The notes under the pieces are model-generated. The model had not been told where the DNA came from, did no database searches, and worked only from the letters and a program-made list of their open reading frames with translations. A stretch of 64,000 nt of DNA, taken from assembly GCA_963422205.2 (NCBI GenBank), contig CAXMWX010000009.1, positions 192,001 to 256,000 of the forward strand, given 5' to 3'. Shown in pieces: positions 43,470 through 52,522 of the stretch (within the stretch, counting starts at the first letter, position 1; the number at the start of each line of letters is the position of its first letter). The DNA comes from Gammaproteobacteria bacterium. GTDB lineage: Bacteria > Pseudomonadota > Gammaproteobacteria > Eutrophobiales > Eutrophobiaceae. Position numbers and translations under genes: made by a program.

Positions 43470-43516
43470 GGACATATAAGCCGTTTTCGGTTGGCACTGT
43501 AGGATATATAAGCCGT
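43470..43516. promoter_or_regulatory. paired 15-bp direct repeats, putative operators
   Basis: GGACATATAAGCCGT (43470) and GGATATATAAGCCGT (43502), 32 bp apart, between pilA and the XRE gene. Confidence 0.6.
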
Positions 43517-43551
43517 GGACGCAAGCATTTTACGCAATTAGTTTTGTAAAA

Positions 43552-43866
43552 ATGCGTAAATACCCGCAATTAGTCGCCCTGGGCCTGCAAATTCGCAAAG
43601 TCAGGGAGGAGAAGGGGTACACTCAGGAGGGGTTTGCCGCCGAATCCGGCATAGATCGTGCGTATTATGGCCGCATTGAGCGGGGCGAGAATAACGTGGC
43701 GAGCCTGAATGTGATCAAGATCGCCATGACGCTGGGGGTGGAGGTGGGCGAGCTATACCCGCCGGTCCGGGTGCTGGGGCAGGCCGCTGTGATCCAGCAG
43801 GCACACCGGCCGGGCAGTCCACCGCCGGGCGCCTGCTGTGCGGACGGGCGGCATGTTGAAGAGTGA
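43552..43866 (+). CDS. XRE-family HTH regulator (controller/C-protein-like)
   Basis: LG..IRKVREEKGYTQE.FA..SGIDRAYYGRIERGE.NV...N..KIA..LGV. Confidence 0.88.
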   Translation: MRKYPQLVALGLQIRKVREEKGYTQEGFAAESGIDRAYYGRIERGENNVASLNVIKIAMTLGVEVGELYPPVRVLGQAAVIQQAHRPGSPPPGACCADGRHVEE

Positions 43867-43994
43867 CGGCGATTGACTCCTCTCGATTATTTCTACATCG
43901 CTGCCACTTTTGGTCATTTTATCTTCGCAGCTAACAATTTGGTACTCAATCGATGGGCATTGCCGTCAGCGAGGCATCTGGTCAGGCATAGCAG

Positions 43995-44195
43995 ATGCAG
44001 CTGGCTACCAGAGCGGATGCCCATCAATTACGCCAGGAGATGACCGGGCTGGATACCGGGATTAATTCAGCCCACTGGATGGGTGGGGGTAATCTTGTCT
44101 TGCGCCTGGGTATTTTGTCTTTTCTGTACCGGTTGTTAGCTGATGTCGGCTGGCTGTTGGCGGCGGCTGCCTGCCCCGGAAGGCGGGGTTTCTGA
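43995..44195 (+). pseudogene. DUF1640-like coiled-coil/TM C-terminal remnant
   Basis: QLATRAD..QLRQEM..L...I...HWM.G.NL.L.LGIL. Confidence 0.45.
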
Positions 44196-45074
44196 AGGCA
44201 GATTTTCAAGCACGGTTCGGGCCAGTCGCTCGGCGATGCTGATCTCCTGTACCGATTGCAAACCCCGCCAGGCCGGGACGCTGTTCACCTCCAGCACCAG
44301 ATAGTTTCCCCGCATATCACGAATAATGTCCACGCCGCCGTAGTGCAGCCCGGTGGCGCGGGAGGCCTGCTCGGCCAGTTGCCGTAATTCGGGGGTCAAG
44401 ACGGCAGATAGGCAGTCACCGCCCCGCGCCCGGTTGGTGATCCAGCCGGCGGATACTCTCTCCATCGCCGCCACTGCCCGGTGGCCGATGACAAACACCC
44501 GCCAGTCGCGGCCGGCATGATCGGGCTGATCGATATAGTGTTGCAGGTAATACACGCCGTTGATCATGTCGGTATCCAGTTCACAGTCGGCCATATCAAT
44601 CAGTTTCAGGCCACGGCCACAGTTGCCAAACAAGGGCTTTTGCACCAGCCTTATGCCGTTATCAAGCTGTGCCTGAATGACAGCGCGCGCACATTGCTTC
44701 GATTCGCACACCCAGACATCCGGCGTCCTGATCTGGTGTTGCAGCAACAGGAAGCTGGTCATGGCCTTGTCTATGGTGCGCTCAATGATGCTGGCCGGGT
44801 TACAGACATAGACCCCGGCAGCATGCAGGGCGTGCAGGATGCCTAACCGGAATGTCACCTCTTCGAAGCTGCCAGCAGGCACGCTCCGCACCAGCACCGC
44901 ATCAGGCAGGGCATCATCAAAACCGGGGAGGGCGATACCGGCGGGGTGACCACTGCCAAGCCGACAGTCACGCAATGAACAGGTCGTATTGGCGGCCCCG
45001 TGCTGCATGAGGGCATGGTGCAACTCGGCTTCGTGCCAGCCGTGGTGTTCAGCAAATGTCACGGTGCGTTGCAT
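44136..45074 (-). CDS. RimK-family alpha-L-glutamate ligase (Orf5/MyfA-like, H4MPT/methylofuran pathway)
   Basis: GWH, LPGF...LPDAVLVR.VPAGSFEEVTFRLGILH, IERT.DK..TSFLL, KPLFG, WITN.ARG, LEVNS.PAW. Confidence 0.82.
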   Translation of the reverse strand: MQRTVTFAEHHGWHEAELHHALMQHGAANTTCSLRDCRLGSGHPAGIALPGFDDALPDAVLVRSVPAGSFEEVTFRLGILHALHAAGVYVCNPASIIERTIDKAMTSFLLLQHQIRTPDVWVCESKQCARAVIQAQLDNGIRLVQKPLFGNCGRGLKLIDMADCELDTDMINGVYYLQHYIDQPDHAGRDWRVFVIGHRAVAAMERVSAGWITNRARGGDCLSAVLTPELRQLAEQASRATGLHYGGVDIIRDMRGNYLVLEVNSVPAWRGLQSVQEISIAERLARTVLENLPSETPPSGAGSRRQQPADIS

Positions 45075-45147
45075 TGTCAAGTCAGGCGTGTGATACCTTT
45101 AGCGGCAGGGCCGGGCAGTATACCGCCGGGCAGCATGTAAAGATAAC

Positions 45148-46296
45148 ATGAAAGACAAGCGGCTCATTATTATCGGTGCCAGTGCCAGGGCGGCGGCGGA
45201 ATCAGCCCGGCGTGCCGGTTATGCGATCTACTGGCTGGATCAATTCGGCGATGTGGATGTCAAGGCCACCGGCCCCGGCCAGCGGATCCCGGCCGGTACC
45301 TATCCCGATGCGATCCCGATGCGGCTGGCCGCCGCCCCGGCGGTACCTTTTTTATATACCGGGGCGATGGAGAATCACACCGAGGTGCTGGCAGCGCTGG
45401 AGCAGCTAAGGCCGTTGCTGGGTAACGGCAGCCAGGTGTGCCAGAAATTGCACGATCACCAGGACATTGCCGAGCTGATTGCACGGCATAAGCTGCCGGT
45501 TGCCAGGGTTGTTGCGCCATCATCGGCACAGACACACACCGGCAAATGGTTGGAGAAACCGGTGTGCGGGGCCGGGGGTGCCGGGATCAGGGACTACCGG
45601 TATGGCGGCCCTCATCGTCCTGGCGAGGCGGCCTGTTACCTGCAACAGTTTATCGCTGGCGAAAGCCGCTCGGCGGTGTTTATCAGCAATGGCAGCGAGT
45701 GCGAGTTGCTGGGTGTGAGCGCGCAGCTTGTCGGTTTGCCAGCATGTAATGCCACCCCCTACAGCTACTGTGGCAGTGTCGGCCCCCTGACCATCTCCGC
45801 CCGGGAGTATGAGAACTGGCAGCAGTTGGGCCGGCTGCTGGTGCGTGCGTTCTGCCTGCTGGGTCTCTTTGGCATCGATGCGATCGTGACCGGCGATGCG
45901 GTGTATCTGGTGGAGATCAATCCGCGCTATACCGCTTCAGTTGAGGTGTATGAACTGGCGTATGGCATCAACACGATTGAACGGCATGAGCGCGCCTGTC
46001 ATGGACAGCCCCTGCCTGCATGGGACAGGCCACCGGCCACGGCAGTCGCCCCAGCCATAATAGGCAAGGGCTATCTGTTTGCTGCCAGCGATCTGAACAT
46101 GCCGGATCCCAGGCTCATGCAGGCGAGGCTGGGGCTTGATGGCCGGGTGCGGTTTGCTGATCTGCCCCACCCGGGGCAGCCAATCATGGCCGGCCAACCC
46201 ATGATGAGCCTGCTCATCCGCCGGGCGGATGCAGCCGAGGCGTATGCCGACCTGTTGCATGCGGCTGATCGTATCTCTGATTATTGCCTGCCTTGA
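45148..46296 (+). CDS. ATP-grasp protein (OrfY/MyfB-like)
   Basis: IIGASARAAAESARRAGY...LDQFGD.D, LLGN, WL.KP..GAGG..I, YLQQFI.G, FGID, EINPRYTAS.E, FADLP. Confidence 0.78.
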   Translation: MKDKRLIIIGASARAAAESARRAGYAIYWLDQFGDVDVKATGPGQRIPAGTYPDAIPMRLAAAPAVPFLYTGAMENHTEVLAALEQLRPLLGNGSQVCQKLHDHQDIAELIARHKLPVARVVAPSSAQTHTGKWLEKPVCGAGGAGIRDYRYGGPHRPGEAACYLQQFIAGESRSAVFISNGSECELLGVSAQLVGLPACNATPYSYCGSVGPLTISAREYENWQQLGRLLVRAFCLLGLFGIDAIVTGDAVYLVEINPRYTASVEVYELAYGINTIERHERACHGQPLPAWDRPPATAVAPAIIGKGYLFAASDLNMPDPRLMQARLGLDGRVRFADLPHPGQPIMAGQPMMSLLIRRADAAEAYADLLHAADRISDYCLP

Positions 46297-46422
46297 CCCT
46301 GGCGGTATGGCGCCACACGGGTGGCTATTGGCAAGACCTGGCGGCCGTTATGGCGCTGCGGTCGCTGGCAAGGCGATTGTTCGGTTTTTCCTGTGGTCGA
46401 ATGTGGCGTACAATGGCTCATT

Positions 46423-47226
46423 ATGTCCGTTGCAATAGATGATTTGTCCAGCACGCCCGTGCTGTTGACCGAGATCGATTCACACATTGCCTGGCTGACG
46501 CTGAATCGTCCGGCCGAGTTCAATGCCTTGTCGGCGGAATTACTGGCCGCCCTGCAAGCCGCCCTGGATGAGATCGCAGAGTATGCCGAGGTGCATGTTG
46601 TGATTATCAAGGCCAATGGCAAGGCGTTTTGCGCCGGGCATGATTTGAAGGAAATGCGCTCAACCCGGCAGCGGGCGTTCCATCAGCAACTGTTCGAGCA
46701 ATGCAGCCGAGTGATGCAAACCATCAACACGCTGCCGCAGCCGGTGATTGCCATGATCCATGGGGTTGCCACGGCGGCGGGTTGTCAGCTGGTCGCTGCC
46801 TGTGATTTGGCCGTGGCGAGCGCCACTGCCCGCTTTGCTGTCTCCGGTATTAATCTCGGCCTGTTTTGCGCCACCCCGGCCGTGCCGCTCAGTCGCAACA
46901 TTCATCGCAAACAGGCGCTGAAGATGTTATTGACCGGCGAGTTTATTGATGCGGGGACGGCCCGGGAGTTTGGGCTGATTAACGAGGTGGTGGCGGCTGA
47001 CTCACTGCCGGGGGCTGTGCAACAACTGGCGGATCGCATCCTGGCCAAATCCCCGTTATCGCTACGCATGGGCAAGGCGCTGTTTTACCGGCAGTTGGAC
47101 ATGGATTTAGCTGCCGCTTATGCTGATGCCAGCACCACCATGAGTTGTAATATGGACAGCGAGGATGCACGTGAGGGCATTGATGCGTTTCTTGAGAAGC
47201 GCCAGCCTGACTGGTGCGGGCGGTAA
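46423..47226 (+). CDS. enoyl-CoA hydratase/isomerase
   Basis: LNRP..FNALS, AFCAGHDLKE, ATAAGCQLVA.CD, GLFCATP; start ATG 46423. Confidence 0.93.
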   Translation: MSVAIDDLSSTPVLLTEIDSHIAWLTLNRPAEFNALSAELLAALQAALDEIAEYAEVHVVIIKANGKAFCAGHDLKEMRSTRQRAFHQQLFEQCSRVMQTINTLPQPVIAMIHGVATAAGCQLVAACDLAVASATARFAVSGINLGLFCATPAVPLSRNIHRKQALKMLLTGEFIDAGTAREFGLINEVVAADSLPGAVQQLADRILAKSPLSLRMGKALFYRQLDMDLAAAYADASTTMSCNMDSEDAREGIDAFLEKRQPDWCGR

Positions 47227-47246
47227 TTGATCACAGAGATAACAGT

Positions 47247-48881
47247 ATGCACGCCGATCACATCTACGAACACGGATTGACTAAAAATCCGGCCAACTAC
47301 ACGCCGCTCTCGCCGCTGACCTTCATAGTCCGTGCTGCTGCCGTGTTTCCTGACCGGCCGGCGGTCATCCACGGTACACAATGCTACACTTGGTCAGAAA
47401 CCTATGCCCGTTGCTGTCGGCTGGCGGCGGCCTTGCGGCGGGCCGGCATCGGGCCTGGCGATACCGTGGCCGTGATGTTGCCGAACATTCCAGCCATGTA
47501 TGAGCTGCATTACGGGGCCGGTATGGCTGGTGCGGTGCTGAATGCGCTGAACATTCGCCTGGATGCCAGCACCATCGCCTTCATGCTGGAACACGGCGAG
47601 GCCAGGGTATTGTTCACCGACAAAGAGTTCTCATCGGTGATCAAGCAGGCCCTGGCACAGGTGAAGCAGGAGTTGCTGGTGATCGATGTGGATGATCCTC
47701 TCTATGAGGGGGGCGAGTTTATCGGCGAGATGAGTTATGAGGACTTTTTAGCCACAGGCCAGGCGGACCTTGACTGGGCATTGCCGGAAGATGAATGGCA
47801 GGCCATCGCCCTGTCTTACACCTCCGGGACGACCGGCAACCCGAAGGGCGTTGTGACTCACCATCGCGGGGCCTATCTGAACGCTGTCTCCAATCTGATG
47901 GTGTGGAATATGCCCCGGCATCCGGTGTATCTGTGGACTTTGCCCATGTTTCACTGCAATGGCTGGTGTTTTCCCTGGAGTATTGCGGCGGCAAGTGGCA
48001 CCAATATCTGTCTTCGCAGCGTGCGTGCGGAGGCCATTTTTGCATTGATCAAACAACACCGGGTGAGTCATCTGTGTGGCGCCCCGATCGTCTTGAACCT
48101 GCTGGCCAGTGCAGATGCAACATTGAAGCAGGTCATTGAACACCAGGTGAATGTCATGACGGCGGCCTCAGCACCGCCGCCGGCGGTGCTGGAGGCGATG
48201 CAGCGAATGCACTTTCCCGTGACGCATGTCTATGGGCTGACAGAAATCTACGGGCCGGCGGTGGTGTGTGAATGGCATGATGAGTGGGATACCCGGCCAG
48301 TGGAGGAACAAGCCAGGCTCAAGTCCCGCCAGGGCGTGCGCTATCCCTTGCAGGAGGCCGTGATGGTCGCTGATCCTGATACCATGCAGCCCGTACCCAG
48401 GGATGGCAAGACGCTGGGGGAGGTGTTTCACCGAGGCAATATTGTCATGAAGGGCTACCTTAAAAACCCAGAAGCCACCCGGCAGGCATTTGCCGGCGGC
48501 TGGTTTCACAGCGGTGATCTGGCGGTGTGGCATGCGGATGGGTATATCGAGATCAAGGATCGATCCAAGGACATTATCATCTCCGGCGGGGAGAATATCT
48601 CCAGCATTGAGGTGGAGAATGTATTGTATCAACATCCGGCGGTGCTGGAGGCGGCGGTCGTCGCGAGGCCAGATGAGCAATGGGGCGAGAGCCCCTGTGC
48701 CTTTATCTCCCTAAAAGAAGATGCGGCGGTCAGCAGCGATGAGATGATTGATTTTTGTCGGGCTAATATGGCGGCATTTAAGATCCCTAAGCGGATCGTG
48801 TTTACTTCCCTGCCCAAGACCTCAACCGGTAAAGTGCAAAAATTTCTGTTGCGGGAGCAGGCCAGCAAGCTGGATGACTGA
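47247..48881 (+). CDS. acyl-CoA synthetase (AMP-forming)
   Basis: YTSGTTGNPKG, LPMFHCNGW, YGLTE, FHSGD, DRSKDIIISGGEN, PKTSTGK; start ATG 47247. Confidence 0.95.
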   Translation: MHADHIYEHGLTKNPANYTPLSPLTFIVRAAAVFPDRPAVIHGTQCYTWSETYARCCRLAAALRRAGIGPGDTVAVMLPNIPAMYELHYGAGMAGAVLNALNIRLDASTIAFMLEHGEARVLFTDKEFSSVIKQALAQVKQELLVIDVDDPLYEGGEFIGEMSYEDFLATGQADLDWALPEDEWQAIALSYTSGTTGNPKGVVTHHRGAYLNAVSNLMVWNMPRHPVYLWTLPMFHCNGWCFPWSIAAASGTNICLRSVRAEAIFALIKQHRVSHLCGAPIVLNLLASADATLKQVIEHQVNVMTAASAPPPAVLEAMQRMHFPVTHVYGLTEIYGPAVVCEWHDEWDTRPVEEQARLKSRQGVRYPLQEAVMVADPDTMQPVPRDGKTLGEVFHRGNIVMKGYLKNPEATRQAFAGGWFHSGDLAVWHADGYIEIKDRSKDIIISGGENISSIEVENVLYQHPAVLEAAVVARPDEQWGESPCAFISLKEDAAVSSDEMIDFCRANMAAFKIPKRIVFTSLPKTSTGKVQKFLLREQASKLDD

Positions 48882-48957
48882 TGCCTGTTGATAGCGGTAA
48901 GCTGTACCATAGTTTAACAGACAACCAGAGCCTTGCCGCCCCCATCCTGTCGTTCTG

Positions 48958-50391
48958 ATGACGAACACCTTATACAGCAACGACAATTTATTCGTTCTCA
49001 AGGGAATGAACAGCGAGAGCGTCAATCTTGTTTATCTTGATCCGCCGTTTAATTCCAAGCGGATGTACTCGGCCCCCATAGGCAGCCGTGCGGCAGGCAC
49101 ATCTTTCAAGGACATGTGGAGTTGGCAGGATGTGAATGAAGCCTATCTTGATAAACTGATTGATGATTATCCTTTGCTGACTGACTTTATCAAATCCATT
49201 CAGGCCGCCCACAGCAAGGCGATGATGGCCTATGTGACTTACATGACACAACGGCTGATTGAACTGCACCGCGTATTAAAAAACACCGGTGCTATTTATC
49301 TACACTGCGATTCTACCGCTTCCCATTATTTGAAAATTGTTTTGGATCAGATATTCGGCAAAGAGAATTTTAGAAATGAAATTGTATGGAGAAGAACGTT
49401 TGCCCACAACGATCCTAAACAATTTGGCAGAAACAAAGACAATATTTTTTTCTATGTTAAAAGCAAGGCGCACAGGTTTAACAGAATTTACACGGAGTAC
49501 AGCGATGACTACAAGAAAGCATATTTTAATAAAAGTGATGACCGGGGCGCCTACCAATTAGTCACCCTGACTGGCCCTGGGACGAACTTTCAAGATGGGC
49601 AATGGCGAGGTTATCATCCGGCAGATGGTGGCAGGAGTTGGTCTATACCCAAAAGAATCGTGCGTGAGTTGACGGGAGGGCAACATGAAGGCCGTATGAC
49701 AAAAAAGGAAAAACTGGATTTGCTCTATGAGCATGGTTACATTGTGTTCTCCAAAAAAGGCGTGCCACGATTTAAGAGTTATTTATGCGAATTGCCGGGG
49801 GTTCCCGGCCAGGAGATATGGGTTGACATTAACCCCGTCAGCGCGCACAGCAAGGAAAGAACTGGCTACCCGACGCAAAAGCCGCTGAAGCTGTTACACC
49901 GGATCATCAAGGCCAGCAGCAATGAGGGCGATATCGTCCTGGATCCGTTTTGCGGTTGTGCCACTACCTGTGTGGCCGCCCAGCAGTTGAACAGACAATG
50001 GATCGGTATTGATATTGAAACCCGGGCGGCGGAGATTCTGATTCAAAGGTTAAGCGATGATGCCGGGATATTTAAAGATTTTATTCATCGGGCGGATATC
50101 CCGAACAGGACGGACATCAAAACAGAGTCCATTGATCAGGCCGTTAAACAGCGACTCTACCATGAGCAGGACGGCAAATGCCATGCCTGTGCCACGGTGT
50201 TTGAAATACAGCATCTGGAAGTGGATCACATTGTACCCAAATCAAAAGGCGGCGGAGATTATTATGAAAACTATCAGCTTTTATGCAGCCATTGCAACAG
50301 AGTCAAAGGCGATCGACCGATGGAGTATCTGCGTACCAAAATAAAATCCCGACAGGCGGCCTTAAGCCAGCACATCACCTTTGGCGAATAA
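48958..50391 (+). CDS. beta-class N6-A/N4-C DNA methyltransferase fused to a C-terminal HNH endonuclease
   Basis: YLDPPF (motif IV) precedes YPTQKP and LDPFCGCATT (motif I); C-terminal CHAC..EVDHIVP..GG..NYQLLCSHCN..KG. Confidence 0.9.
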   Translation: MTNTLYSNDNLFVLKGMNSESVNLVYLDPPFNSKRMYSAPIGSRAAGTSFKDMWSWQDVNEAYLDKLIDDYPLLTDFIKSIQAAHSKAMMAYVTYMTQRLIELHRVLKNTGAIYLHCDSTASHYLKIVLDQIFGKENFRNEIVWRRTFAHNDPKQFGRNKDNIFFYVKSKAHRFNRIYTEYSDDYKKAYFNKSDDRGAYQLVTLTGPGTNFQDGQWRGYHPADGGRSWSIPKRIVRELTGGQHEGRMTKKEKLDLLYEHGYIVFSKKGVPRFKSYLCELPGVPGQEIWVDINPVSAHSKERTGYPTQKPLKLLHRIIKASSNEGDIVLDPFCGCATTCVAAQQLNRQWIGIDIETRAAEILIQRLSDDAGIFKDFIHRADIPNRTDIKTESIDQAVKQRLYHEQDGKCHACATVFEIQHLEVDHIVPKSKGGGDYYENYQLLCSHCNRVKGDRPMEYLRTKIKSRQAALSQHITFGE

Positions 50392-50525
50392 CGCTCGCTA
50401 TGCAATCGACATGCTCTCTCAAGAAGGGATTGTGTACTGGAGACTGGCGCACCGCCGTTGCCATCCGTTCCGGTATAGTAGCGCCGATGGTTGCTTGACT
50501 GTCGGCCAGTCTGCCATGCCGTGGG

Positions 50526-52520
50526 CTATGCTATGGTGAGCAACTCAACCCCGGCATCAACCCGATCATTCTCGGCAAAAAATATATCCACCACCGTCCC
50601 GGCCTGATTTGCGGTGATGGTGTGTTCCATCTTCATCGCTTCTAATATCAGCAGGGGATCACCTTTGCTCACCGCCTGATCCTTGGCTGTGAGTATGGCG
50701 ATGATCTTCCCCGGCATGGGTGAGAGAAGTCTGCCGCCGTCCTCCTCTGCCGGTGTTTCGTACGCATCGGTAAGCCGTTCCAATTCGTAGCGCTGGCCGG
50801 CATGAAAGATGACAAGCCGCTGCTTATCCCTGATGACATCGGCTTGCAGCCGTCTGTTGCCCAGTCTGGCGGTGAGCCGGGTCTGCTCTTCAAGCTGCCC
50901 TGCTGCCTCCGTATCGGTATTATCCAGGCGAATGATAAAACCGCTGTCCGCTGGCTGTAGCTGGATTGTTTTCTCTGTTGAGCCGGCGCGCAATGTGATC
51001 GCCTCCCTGCTGGTCAGATTTAGCAGCCAGCCATCCGCCAGGTGCCAGGGGGAGTCCGGCTCGGCACTGGCCGCCGCCCGTGCCATGCTGTGCTGTTGAT
51101 GAACTAACATAAGATACAGTGCGGCAAGTTGATAAACAGCAGCCGTTGCCTTTTGTGCATACATTGCCTTGAGCAACTCCCCGGCATGTTCAGCAACGAA
51201 GCCGGTAGTCACTTCCCCTGCCTGCAACACCGGGTGTGCGAGCGCCGCCTGTAGAAAATCCAAGTTTGTCTTGAGGCCGACAATCTGTGTTGCCGCTAGG
51301 GCGGTTTGCATCCGGGCAAGACAATCCGGCCGATCCTCCGCCCAGACGATCAGCTTGGCAAGCATGGGATCGTAGAACACAGAAACCGCATCGCCCTGCT
51401 GCACGCCGGTATCAATACGGACGCAGGCCGACTCCGAAGGAAATCGCAGGTGCGTGATCTGTCCTGTGCAGGGGAGAAAATCATTGGCCGCATCTTCGGC
51501 ATAAATGCGGGCTTCCATGGCATGACCACGGATGGCCAGCGCATCCTGTCGCAGGGGTAATGGCCGCCCGGCGGCAACGCCCAGCTGCCACTCCACCAGG
51601 TCCTGACCGCTGATCATCTCCGTCACCGGATGTTCCACCTGCAAGCGGGTATTCATTTCCATGAAATAGAAATTCTCATCGGTATCGACAATAAATTCCA
51701 CCGTGCCAGCCCCGGTGTAGCCAATCGCCTCGGCGGCCTTGAGTGCGGCCTGGCCCATCATCTGGCGCCGCTCTGCCTGCATCCCGGGCGCGGGCGCCTC
51801 TTCCAGGATTTTTTGATATCGGCGCTGCATCGAGCAGTCCCGCTCAAACAGGTAAACCCCGTTGCCGTGCGTATCACGAAATATTTGAATTTCGATATGG
51901 CGCGGTTGCCGCAGGTATTTTTCGATTAATACCGTCTCATCATTAAAGGCATTCATGGCCTCACGTTTGGCCGCCGCCAAGGCAGCGGCGAATGCGCTCC
52001 TCTGCATGACCACACGCATGCCTTTGCCGCCCCCACCGGCCGCCGCCTTAATCAAAACAGGATAGGTCATATTATCGGCCTGTTTTTGCAGCCAGGCGGG
52101 ATCCTGATTGTCGCCGTGATAACCGGGCAGCAGCGGCACCCCGGCCTCGGTCATAATCGTCTTGGCGGTGCTCTTTGAACCCATGGCCGAAATGGCGGCG
52201 GCCGTCGGGCCGATAAAGATCATGTCATTGTCAGCGCAGCTTCTGGCAAGTTCAGGATTTTCTGATAAAAACCCGTAGCCAGGATGAATCGCCTCAGCTG
52301 CACTCGCATTCGCCGCCGCAATAATTCTCTCGATCAACAGATAGCTTTCATTCGCCGGGGCCGGGCCGATGGCGATGGCCTCATCGGCCATGCTCACATG
52401 CAGGGCCTCTGAATCGATCGTTGAATACACGGCAACGGTTTTTACTTTTAAGCGCCGTGCTGTCCTGATGATGCGGCAGGCGATCTCGCCGCGGTTGGCG
52501 ATCAGCATTTTATCAAACAT
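50526..52520 (-). CDS. liuD: 3-methylcrotonyl-CoA carboxylase, biotin-containing subunit
   Basis: ANRGEIA, HPGYGFLSEN, EMNTRLQVEHP, EAMKM biotin motif; liu context. Confidence 0.93.
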   Translation of the reverse strand: MFDKMLIANRGEIACRIIRTARRLKVKTVAVYSTIDSEALHVSMADEAIAIGPAPANESYLLIERIIAAANASAAEAIHPGYGFLSENPELARSCADNDMIFIGPTAAAISAMGSKSTAKTIMTEAGVPLLPGYHGDNQDPAWLQKQADNMTYPVLIKAAAGGGGKGMRVVMQRSAFAAALAAAKREAMNAFNDETVLIEKYLRQPRHIEIQIFRDTHGNGVYLFERDCSMQRRYQKILEEAPAPGMQAERRQMMGQAALKAAEAIGYTGAGTVEFIVDTDENFYFMEMNTRLQVEHPVTEMISGQDLVEWQLGVAAGRPLPLRQDALAIRGHAMEARIYAEDAANDFLPCTGQITHLRFPSESACVRIDTGVQQGDAVSVFYDPMLAKLIVWAEDRPDCLARMQTALAATQIVGLKTNLDFLQAALAHPVLQAGEVTTGFVAEHAGELLKAMYAQKATAAVYQLAALYLMLVHQQHSMARAAASAEPDSPWHLADGWLLNLTSREAITLRAGSTEKTIQLQPADSGFIIRLDNTDTEAAGQLEEQTRLTARLGNRRLQADVIRDKQRLVIFHAGQRYELERLTDAYETPAEEDGGRLLSPMPGKIIAILTAKDQAVSKGDPLLILEAMKMEHTITANQAGTVVDIFFAENDRVDAGVELLTIA

Positions 52521-52522
52521 GA

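Noticed and set aside
43385-43505. sigma54 promoter for pilA or the XRE gene
   Set aside because: TGGCA elements exist on both strands, but none has GC at the required 10-nt spacing from GG.
47247-48881. DmdB (DMSP demethylation pathway ligase)
   Set aside because: Generic acyl-CoA synthetase motifs cannot fix the substrate, and no dmdA, dmdC or dmdD was recognised nearby.
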